DNA from: Reclinomonas americana ATCC 50394 | Lineage: Eukaryota | Direction: 5' to 3' | Length of the DNA: 23,583 nt | NCBI GenBank assembly: GCA_048213135.1 | Contig: PS015202.1 | Location: 149,795 to 173,377 of the forward strand | In this document: piece after piece, positions 8,792 through 18,587 of the stretch | How positions within the stretch are numbered: the first letter of the stretch is position 1 | Layout of the letters: every line of letters starts with the position of its first letter | Made by a program: the position numbers and the translations under genes | Notes under the pieces: generated by a model | Told to the model about the DNA's origin: nothing | Database searches by the model: none | Seen by the model: only the letters and a program-made list of their open reading frames with translations

Positions 8792-11700
8792 ATGTTCAGT
8801 CGCAGCAGCGCAGGCGGCCTTGCGCCGCGTGCCGCATCCATGTGGACGCGACTGGCCACCGCCTGGCACGCACGTCCCTTCCACCAACAACACCAACAAC
8901 AACAGTTCTTTGCACTTTCGCATCGCCAGCACTTTCATCGTCGCTCCCGCCACGACAATGGCAGCCGCAGTGCGAGCAGCGCAGGTGGAGGAGGCAGTGA
9001 CAACAGCGGTAACAACAACAACGATGAGGAGAGTCAGTTGTGGTTGAGTGACAAAAGTGAGAAGCAGTCGCGTTCTCGCACAAAGACGCAGACTGACCAG
9101 GGTGAGTACGCACGCGTGTGTGTGTGTGTGTCTGGAGTGAGAGAGCGTGTGTGTTGTGCTGACACGTGTGTGTGTGTGTGTGCGTTTTGAGTAGAGATTG
9201 CTGAGGAGGATGCTGTGGATGGGAGTTTGCTTGTGCATCCTCGTCGTGCGTCTTCGTCTTCGTCGTCGGCGACTCGCCCTGAGTCGAGTGAGGAGAGTGA
9301 GGATGATGATGCGGAGGGCGAGGNNNNNNNNNNNNNNNNNNNNNNNNNNNNNNNNNNNNNNNNNNNNNNNNNNNNNNNNNNNNNNNNNNNNNNNNNNNNN
9401 NNNNNNNNNNNNNNNNNNNNNNNNNNNNNNNNNNNNNNNNNNNNNNNNNNNNNNNNNNNNNNNNNNNNNNNNNNNNNNNNNNNNNNNNNNNNNNNNNNNN
9501 NNNNNNNNNNNNNNNNNNNNNNNNNNNNNNNNNNNNNNNNNNNNNNNNNNNNNATGATGATGATGATGATGATGAGGATGATGAGGATGATGATGATGAT
9601 GACGATGAGGATGATGAGGATGATGACACAAATGTGTTTGTGGCGGGCGCGCGTGGCAGCTCGCCGGCCAACACGTCGAGTGATGCCAGTGCCGGAGGTG
9701 AGAGGCACGGGAGAGGCAGTGTGAGAGCTTGCAGCTCCGGAGGACTCCGATGGAGACAAGAGACAAGAGAGATGAGAGAGAGAACGAGAGGCTGTGTGCT
9801 GTTGGAGACAACTCTGCGTCGTCTGAAATGCATGTGTCCTTGTTGCTGTTGCGCAGCCTTGGTGCATCCGAGTAGTCTGCCGCTGCCGAGCGAGCTGCTG
9901 GTGATTCCGTTGTATCGGCGACCGGTGTTTCCGGGCATTGTGGCGCCGATCTTGCTGCAGGACGATGACTTTGTGCGGCAGTTGACCAGTCTGCGCGATT
10001 CCGGTGTCAAGCATGTGGGTCTGTTCTTGGCCAAGGAGGCGCCGGCGGGGACGCCGGATGCCTCTGGCGCCGCAGCTGGTACGGCTGGTGCTGCAGCGTC
10101 GCCGTCGTCGAGCCCGTCGGATGCCGCCAAGGCGACCGACAGTACCAAGGCCGGCGACAAGGTGCCTAGCAGTTGTCTCCGTCGTATTGATTGATTGCTT
10201 GCTCATTTCGTCGCGCAGGACAAGAAACCGGGAAGCAGCAAAGAGGAAGATGTGCAACGGCTGGTCAAGAGCATGGAGCAAGTGCACCACATCGGTGTGA
10301 TTGCGCGCATCATTCGCATCCTGCCGAGTCGATCGGGCGGAGCGCAAGTCATGTTGTCGGGACTGAGTCGTATCGAGGCCGTTGAGGAGGTGAAGAATCG
10401 CGATCGACTGACTGTGCGTGTGCGCCACCTGAAGGTGAGTACGTCCTGCCTGACAGCGTGTGTGTGTGAGCATCTCATTGTTTTGCTCTGCTTGCAGAAC
10501 AAACCGATTGACACGTCGGACACGGAAGTCAAGGCCTACACTGTGGAGATTGTGAACACGATCAAGGACATTCTCAAGGTGCCTCCTTCAAGCAGAGAAG
10601 CGGGAATCTGCGTGTTCCAGAGCACTAACACGTGCCTCCCCCCGCACAGCTGAACCCCTTCTTCAAGGAGCAGCTGCAGACGTTCCTCGATCAAGTGGAC
10701 CTGGGCAATCCGAGCGAGTTGGCCGACCTGGCTGCGGCGCTGACCACGGCCGAGGCTGTCAAGTTGCAGGAAGTGTTGGACGCTGTGGAGTTGCACGACC
10801 GTCTGTCCAAGTCACTGACGCTGATCAAGACCGAGTTGGATCTCAACATGATCCAGCAAAAGATTCAGCGGCAGCTGGAGGACAACATCAGCCAGACGCA
10901 CCGCCGATACATGCTCATGGAGCAGCTGAAGGCCATCAAGAAGGAGCTGGGGCTGGAGCGTGAGGACAAGGACACCGTGATCAAGAAGTTCCGCGATCGG
11001 CTGGCCGAGCTCAAGGTGCCGGAGCACGCCAACAAAGTGATTGAGAACGAGATGGTGAGTTGCTGGCGCAGCGCAAGGAAATATGTCAGATGCTGATGGT
11101 GGTTTCTTGTTCTGCTCTACCTCGTAGAATAAGCTGCAAATGTTGGAGGCGTCGAGCGCCGAGTTCAACATGACGCACAACTATCTCGACTGGCTCACTT
11201 CGTTGCCGTGGGGCATCTACTCCACCGAGAATCTCGACATCAAGCACGCCAAGGGTGAGCGAAGAGGGGAAGGGGGATCAAAGAGAGGGAGAGCGCAGGC
11301 AGTAAGCACGAGCATCATTCTGTTCTTCGTTGCTCCATCGTGCTCTGTTTCTCTCGCTCCGCGTCTCTTTACCAGTCTCTCTGTCTCTATCTGAGCCTCT
11401 TTGGTAGTCTCTCTGTCTCTTTGTCTTTCTGTCTTTCTTTCTTTCTGTCTGTCTGTCGGTGTGTGTGGCTGTCTCTCTCTCTCTCTCTGTTCTCCTTTGT
11501 CTTGCTCTCCTCTTTTCCTCTGTCCCCTTGCTCCGTTCTTCCCCCCCCTTCTCTCTTTCTCTCTGCTCTGCTGTGTGCTCCTCGATTCTTCCCTCCTGTT
11601 GCCCCTTGTCTCCTTCTCTCTGCTCAGTTCTGCTCTATTCTGCCGCTTCACTTCTTCTCTCCTTCTCTCCTTCTCTTGCTCTCCTCTGCTCCACTGTCCT

Positions 11701-13763
11701 CTTTCCTTTCCCCCCTCCCCCCTCCCCTTTCTCTTCCCCTTATCGTGCTCACCTTTCTTGCACAACGCAGCGGTGCTCGAGGAGGACCACTTTGGCCTGG
11801 ACGATGTGAAGCAGCGAATCCTGGAGTTTATTGCTGTCGGTGGCCTGCGCGGCACTGTGCAAGGTAAAATCCTGTGCATGGTCGGACCGCCTGGTGTCGG
11901 CAAGACCTCCATCGGCAAGTCGATTGCGCGCTCGTTGGACCGCTCCTTCTACCGCTTCTCGGTTGGCGGCCTCAGTGATGTGGCTGGTGAGAGCGCAAAT
12001 AATCGTTCACCTGCACATACAATGATTCTCATTTCTCCGTTTTGAACAGAAATCAAGGGCCACCGACGAACGTACATTGGCGCCATGCCCGGCAAGCTGC
12101 TGCAGTGCTTGAAGACCACACAGAAGGCCAACCCGGTCATCATGATTGACGGTCGGTGGAGTATGCGCGCTCACTCTGGACATTCAGAAGTGACGCTCAT
12201 GTCCCCCCTGCGCACAGAAATCGACAAGCTTGGTCGTGGATACCAGGGTGACCCGGCGTCGGCACTCCTCGAGGTGCTCGACCCGGAGCAAAACCACGCA
12301 TTCCTGGACCACTTCCTTGACGTGCCGTTCGATCTGTCCAAGGTTCTGTTCGTGTGCACCGCCAACTCGCTCGACACCATCTCCAAGCCGCTGCTCGATC
12401 GCATGGAAATCATCCGGCTGAGCGGCTACGTGTTGGAGGAGAAGGTGGCGATCGCCAACCGGTACCTCATCCCGCACGCAGCCACAGACTCGGGCATCAC
12501 CATGGTTTGTGTGTTGAAATGGGGCACAGAGGGAAAAGACAATGTGAGTTGCTGAACATGGATTGGTGGCCACAGGAGCAAGTGAAAATCACCGACGGAG
12601 CCATTGAGGAGCTGTGCAAGTCATACTGCCGCGAGGCTGGCGTGCGCAATCTGCAAAAGCACATTGAGAAGGTGTTCCGCAAGGCCGCCTACAAGGTGAG
12701 CGTTGGTGTGTGGATAATTTGGAGGAAGTGCACCGCTGAATCCGAGGTGAATGCACCACCAGCTGGCCGCCAAGGAGGTCGAGAATGTCACGGTGACACC
12801 GGAGAACCTCTCGGACTATGTCGGCAAGCCGGTGTTTACGTCGGATCGCTACTATGCGCGCACCCCTGTTGGCGTCGTTGCGTGCGCGCTCTCTGCCTGC
12901 ATCCAACTATTCGCCCGTCCACTCACCCGTTTCCACACACAGACCATGGGCCTGGCCTGGACGGCGATGGGTGGCAGCACGCTGTACATTGAGACGGTGC
13001 TCGAGAAGGCGTACTCGTCCTACAAGAAGCTGACCACGGCCGCCGAAGCCAAGGATGCCAGCGCCAAGGACGAGGAGCGATCGCTGTCCGGAGGTCGCCT
13101 GAAGGTCACCGGCCAGCTGGCGTCGGTGATGCAGGAGAGCACCGACGTGGCGTACACATACGCCCGCCACTTCTTCTATGAGACGGTGCTGCCGAATCTG
13201 CCGGCGGACAGCGGGGTCGACACGTCGTTCTTTGACCATGTGCGTGTGGGAGAGAAAGGGAGGGAGGGGAAAATGCTTGATCCTTCTCATCCTTTTCTCT
13301 GTTGGCAGGCGCGCATCCACCTGCACGTGCCGGAGGGTGCGACACCGAAGGATGGTCCGTCGGCCGGTTGCACGGTGGCCACCTCGATTCTCTCGCTCGC
13401 ACTCAACGTGCCGGTGCGCCACAACTTGGCCATGACGGGCGAGATCACGCTGACAGGTATTTGAGTTTGTGCTTGTCTGTGTTCTTCCTCCTGACTGTCT
13501 GACTGACTGACCGCTCACTCGCCGCAGGCAAAATCCTCCCGATCGGTGGCGTCAAGGAAAAGACAATCGCAGCAAAGCGCAGCGGCATCACGCGTGTGAT
13601 TCTGCCGGCCGGCAACCGCAGCGACTGGGACGAGATGCCGGAGCACATCAAGAAGGGCATCAAGGTGCACTTTGTCAAGACCTTTGAAGACGTCTTCAAG
13701 ATCGCCTTCCCCACCGTGGCCAGACACGCGCGCAAGACGCACAAGCCCGCCAAGAAGAACTAG
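8792..13763 (+). CDS. LONP1: Mitochondrial-type Lon ATP-dependent protease. Exons 8792-9101, 9195-9697 (spans gap), 9857-10161, 10219-10434, 10498-10578, 10650-11054, 11128-11254, 11771-11986, 12050-12151, 12218-12504, 12576-12695, 12763-12876, 12943-13239, 13309-13456, 13528-13763
   Basis: Arg/Ser-rich N-terminus free of acidic residues (presequence-like); [26 protein letters not shown]; Walker A GPPGVGKT; Walker [31 protein letters not shown]; catalytic PKDGPSAG and GGVKEK; no C-terminal SKL. Confidence 0.96.
11300..11760. repeat. Long polypyrimidine low-complexity tract in the 516-nt Lon intron (11255-11770)
   Basis: Almost exclusively C/T on the + strand. Confidence 0.85.
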
Positions 13764-13811
13764 AAGAGAACGAAATCGCAAACACAATACACTTGGCCTT
13801 GCTCTCGTTTG

Positions 13812-14370
13812 TCATGCCACCGCGGCCGTAATGTAAAGCCCCACCACACAACCGTAGCCGAGGACAAACACCACCGATCGCAGCGTGGCCATAGCGTTGT
13901 TGGCGCCCATCAGGTACACGATAATATACAGTGCGCGCAAGCCGAGGAAACCAATCGACAATCCATTCACCCAACCGCGCTGCGATGCCTCCATCGGCAC
14001 CTGCATGTGCGCAATGATGGCGGCGGCGGCGAAGAAGGGCGTCACCTCCAGAGAGTTGAGATGGGCGTTGTAGGCGCGACGACCCCAGCCTGTGCAATTA
14101 GTGTGAGAGAGAGAGAGAGACGCGAGAGCTCTCAGACTTGACACACGTGCCATCGAGCACTTCAGCTGCTTGCTTGCGAGGGTCCACGTTGTCGTACTTG
14201 CCCTTGTTGCGATGAATCCTGTGTGTGTGAGGGAGAGAGAGAGTGAGAGTGTGCATTTGTGTGTGTGTGTGTGTGTTTTGTCGCAATGCGCACCATACGG
14301 ATTTGAGTGTCGATGGCACGTACACCAGAATGCCGGCGGCGAGCACACACCAGAGAGGAATGGTCAACAT
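13812..14370 (-). CDS. MAPEG-family membrane protein. Exons 14370-14294, 14218-14151, 14089-13812
   Basis: MLTIPLWCVLAAGILVYVP..YDNVDPRKQAAEVLDGWGRRAYNAHLNSLEVTPFFAAAAIIA..FLGLRALYIIVYL..LRSVVF: MAPEG signature RAxxAHxNxxE and four hydrophobic segments. Confidence 0.9.
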
Positions 14371-14958
14371 GCTTGAGGAAGGGAGTGAGANNNNNNNNNN
14401 NNNNNNNNNNNNNNNNNNNNNNNNNNNNNNNNNNNNNNNNNNNNNNNNNNNNNNNNNNNNNNNNNNNNNNNNNNNNNNNNNNNNNNNNNNNNNNNNNNNN
14501 NNNNNNNNNNNNNNNNNNNNNNNNNNNNNNNNNNNNNNNNNNNNNNNNNNNNNNNNNNNNNNNNNNNNNNNNNNNNNNNNNNNNNNNNNNNNNNNNNNNN
14601 NNNNNNNNNNNNNNNNNNNNNNNNNNNNNNNNNNNNNNNNNNNNNNNNNNNNNNNNNNNNNNNNNNNNNNNNNNNNNNNNNNNNNNNNNNNNNNNNNNNN
14701 NNNNNNNNNNNNNNNNNNNNNNNNNNNNNNNNNNNNNNNNNNNNNNNNNNNNNNNNNNNNNNNNNNNNNNNNNNNNNNNNNNNNNNNNNNNNNNNNNNNN
14801 NNNNNNNNNNNNNNNNNNNNNNNNNNNNNNNNNNNNNNNNNNNNNNNNNNNNNNNNNNNNNNNNNNNNNNNNNNNNNNNNNNNNNNNNNNNNNNNNNNNN
14901 NNNNNNNNNNNNNNNNNNNNNNNNNNNNNNNNNNCCGGAGGGCAGTCTTGTGTGGTAA

Positions 14959-15375
14959 TGGTTTACACTCCAACACCACTGCTCGTACCGTCAGTACACG
15001 AGTGCACCACTGACTGAGGATGCATCGACAGAAGACTCGGAGGCAATCGTCGATCGTGACTGGGATTGGAGGTCTCCATCCAGATGTTTCACGCTCTACA
15101 TTGTGTTGCAGACAATAAATGAACCAGTTGAAGCTGAAAATCTGCAAGGCGTACATTCTGACCCCTCTCGGCACGTACTCACCATCGAGCACTGGTTGAC
15201 ATTCATTCTAGCACTGGAATACATGTTGCACGGCTACAATCGGTGGATGAGAAAAACTGGGGCAGTCCAAACCGAGCAAAACCAGCCACCAATCTTGTTC
15301 GAATGTGACTTGCCTCTTTGCTTGCTGTGGTCCGCACTTGTCCGCACGGAAGCCAGCAACGCGATAGGACTTTGA
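14959..15375 (+). CDS. Possible terminal exon of an unknown protein (5' part may be in the gap)
   Basis: 138 stop-free codons (..VLTIEHWLTFILALEYMLHGYNRWMRKTG..) with visibly lower GC3 than neighbouring genes; no family recognised. Confidence 0.25.
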   Translation, partial: WFTLQHHCSYRQYTSAPLTEDASTEDSEAIVDRDWDWRSPSRCFTLYIVLQTINEPVEAENLQGVHSDPSRHVLTIEHWLTFILALEYMLHGYNRWMRKTGAVQTEQNQPPILFECDLPLCLLWSALVRTEASNAIGL

Positions 15376-15486
15376 ACGATTGGGGAGGGGGCCGTGCTGC
15401 CGCATCGATGTGTCGTGAGAGCGCCCACCAGGTCGACATGCAGTTCAAGAGTCGACGTCGACGTCGACCACCACATCGGCGTACAG

Positions 15487-15609
15487 CTGTTCCCCGATTG
15501 CCAGAGCTGGAGAGTACCCTGTACCCCGACCTTTCCCGGTCGACTGTACCCCGTACCCCGAGGGCAAAAAAGTGCTGTACCCCCGTACCCCACGTCCCGC
15601 GCACCCCCA
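15487..15609. repeat. Cluster of short direct repeats GTACCC(C)
   Basis: GTACCC at 15514, 15521, 15546, 15553, 15577 and 15585, plus the degenerate copy CTGTTCCCCGA at 15487. Confidence 0.8.
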
Positions 15610-16035
15610 TCGAGTCGGTCCTCTGACGTCGCACATATCGGAAAAACACACCGCGGTCGGTTGCTGGTGGAGGAGGTGTGCGATCTGTGGAGGAACAAGT
15701 GGTCGTTTGTACCCATGTGCGTGCGCGAGAGAAGAAAAGAAACAGGCGGAGAAAAAGAGAATGCAAACGTCGACGTCGACTCCATTCTCTCTCCTCGCTG
15801 CGCACGCAGAAGGCGATGCAGATTGTGAAGATAGAGACACACAAGGAGAAGAGAGACAACGTGCACTCGCAGCGGTCACAGCCAGACGACGTTCACGCGC
15901 CTTCCAAGTCGGGCGGACGCACAATTTTGTTTTATTTTCGTTGTTGCTCCGCGCCACGCACGCACGCACGCACACACACAGTCCACACTCAAGAAAGGAC
16001 TCACTTACACACGTACACACTCGCGCATCATCAAC

Positions 16036-18389
16036 ATGGCAGAGCGACTCCGATGGTGTGTCTTGTCTGCATCACTTATATCAGTCACCTGTCTCTCACA
16101 CACGTGCTGCTGTCTCTTCCCCTTCTCTCTCACGCACACACAGGTTGGTTCTCGGCGGCACTGGCTTCATTGGCCGGTGAGTCTGTCTGCTTGCTTGCTT
16201 GTGTGTGTGTGTGTGTGTGTGTTTTGTGTTTGAGGTACACACAATGTCTCACACGCACGCTCACGCAGCCACCTCGTCAAGTACCTTGTGCGCAACGACT
16301 TGGCCTCCAAGATCCGCGTCGTCGACAAGATCATGCCCGCACTGGCGTACCTCACTCCCGAGTTTGAGGAGTACTATAACGCGGCTGTTGTCGAGTTCAA
16401 GCAGGTGCGTTGTCTCACGCACTCGCACACAGCAAGAGAGAAGGAGAAGGAGAGAGAGTCTGTATGTGTGCGTATGTGCATCTCACTCTCTCAGAGTGTG
16501 TGTGTGCTTGTGCGGGCCCGCTGTTGTGTGTGTTTGCGGAGAAATGGCCAACTCACTCACACCTTGTCTTCTCTCTTGTCCACAGGCCAACCTTGGCAAC
16601 CCTGGTTGCGTCTCTCTCTCTCCCCACACGCCCCTCTGCTGCTTTAACAACAGCAGCAGCAGCAGCATGCAAATGATTGACTTGTTGTTTCTTTTTGGAC
16701 AAATAACACACAGCTCACTTGGCGCGCGCGTTTGACGACCCCGAGGGCACCTTCGACATTGTCGTCAACCTGGCGGCGGAGACCAAGTACGGCCAGGCGG
16801 AGGATGTTGCGGCACCAATCAAGCATTGATGCATGCACACACACTCTAGTGCTGAATGGCGGCAAAATGCAGGTGTACAAGCAACTCATCCTCGACGTGG
16901 CACTGGCGGTGGCCACCGAGGCCGTCCGCCGCGGCGGTGTGCGCAAGTTCATTCAAGTGAGCACTGCGCAGATCTACGACTCGTCCAAGGTTCGCTCTTG
17001 TTTCATTTTTCTCTGGCTGGTGAGACAACTGAACTCACTCTGCCGCGTGAGTAACAGAAGACGAGCACGGAGAGCAGCAAGATCAAGCCGTGGACGCTGC
17101 TGGCGCGTTACAGCCTGGAGGCCGAGGAGGCCCTCCGTGGCATTGCTGGGTGCGCGTGAATCCAAAGTGTGTTCTCCTTCACGTGAGGCGATCTGTGCTG
17201 ACTGTGTGCTCTTTGCAGACTGCCGCTGGTGGTCCTGCGACCGGCCATCTGCTATGGCCCGGGCGACCAGAACGGTGTGATGCCGCGCGTCATCTGCGCT
17301 GCCTCGTACACTCAGCTGGGCGAGAAGATGCAGTTCCTGTGGGGCAAGGATCTGCGGTGCGTTCTCTCTGCCTAAGTTTCTCGCCCATCTCAACCCGCTG
17401 CTCACTCTCTCCTTCACTCACTCCAGCATCAACACTGTGCATGTGGCCGACGTGGCGCGTGCCATTCACCACGTGGCCATCACGGCGGCGGCTGGATCCG
17501 TGTTCAATCTGTCCGATGAGGGCGACACCAGTTGCGTCTCCACGAGTTGCCGCGATGTGTGTTGTAGATGGTATTCACTGTCTCACCGCCCCCCCCNNNN
17601 NNNNNNNNNNNNNNNNNNNNNNNNNNNNNNNNNNNNNNNNNNNNNNNNNNNNNNNNNNNNNNNNNNNNNNNNNNNNNGGAGAGGGGGAAGGGGGAGAGAG
17701 GAAGGGGAAGGAGAGGAGTGTGTGTGTGAGTGTGAAAGAGGTGTGGTTGTTGCCGGATGTGAAAAAAGAGAACGTGAAAGCGCTGTTGATACGTGCAGTC
17801 GAATGTGGTCGGTGTTGTCTGTGTACCCTTGTCGTGGAAGGTTACAGTGAGTGATGTGAATGAGCGACTGGGTAGTTGTATGCGAGTGCATTTGTTATTC
17901 AAGGCAGTAGAATGATGCTAGATGCGTGAAACATGCACTGTGGTGCACGTTGCCTGCTGCTGGCTCTGTTGTTCAAGTCAGTGGAATGTGGTTTGTTAGA
18001 AGGTTGATACTGCGTCGTAGTGAGGGACGTGAAATGAGCGAAGCTGGGTTGCTGTATGCGAGTGGTTCTGTGGCACCAAGACAATAGGATGTGGTTGGAC
18101 GCGGGGTAGAAATGGTTGATGTTGTATGTGCACTGCTGTTATTCTGTGAGTAACGTGAGTGAGAGAAGCTTGAGTCGAATGTTGAATTGGATGTGGTTGG
18201 GTGTGCGATGAAGTTGTTGTTTTGTTGTGCGTGCGAGTGGTTCTGCTGTTGTCCTTGCCCAGAATGCGGTGATCAATTCTCTGTGATTCTGACCTTGTCT
18301 TTCCGCCATTGCAGATCAGCGACGACCTGGTGCGCGAGTCCGTGCAATACTGGATCGACATCAAGGCCTTCCCGCCTCTCCTCCACTAA
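16036..18389 (+). CDS. NAD-dependent epimerase/dehydratase (atypical extended SDR). Exons 16036-16055, 16144-16176, 16269-16404, 16586-16604, 16714-16805, 16873-16989, 17058-17149, 17219-17356, 17427-17530, [missing in gap], 18315-18389
   Basis: LVLGGTGFIGRHLV (Rossmann GGxGxxG), IRVVDK, DIVVNLAAET, KFIQVSTAQIYD, VVLRPAICYGPGD, NTVHVADVARAI, VFNLSD; last exon ISDDLVRESVQYWIDIKAFPPLLH*. Confidence 0.9.
17800..18255. repeat. Degenerate ~175 bp periodic repeat in a long intron
   Basis: AGTGAG.GAYGTGAA(A)TGAGCGA..CTGGGT.GYTGTATGCGAGTG at 17846 and 18019; TGCGAGTG recurs at 17881, 18057 and 18232. Confidence 0.6.
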
Positions 18390-18587
18390 AGCAGAGTGGT
18401 ACCTCAAGTGTGTGTAAGAGCGCCTCCACGGCATGACATGCGCGTGCCTGTGGTGGTGGTGGTGGTTGGGTTCTTTTGAGAAAAGTGAGAACAGGCACGC
18501 GCGGTCTGTCCGTGTCGCTGTCTCAAGTGTGCGCAAATGTATGACATAACAGAAAAGCATCTCTTTGGTACATTCTCTCGCTGTCGC

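Noticed and set aside
7687-8859. Antisense ORFs opposite real genes (also 197-748 and 12907-13518)
   Set aside because: Shadow ORFs expected from GC-rich codon usage.
11217-12045. Long ORFs over the Lon pyrimidine-rich intron (E/R/K-rich on -, L/S/F-rich on +)
   Set aside because: Artefacts of stop-poor low-complexity sequence inside intron 11255-11770.
862-17531. Non-canonical TT donors or U12-type introns as the explanation for the GTTGCG sites
   Set aside because: Cutting after the G breaks the frame with the AG acceptors, and no RTATCCT donors or TCCTTAAC branch sites are present.
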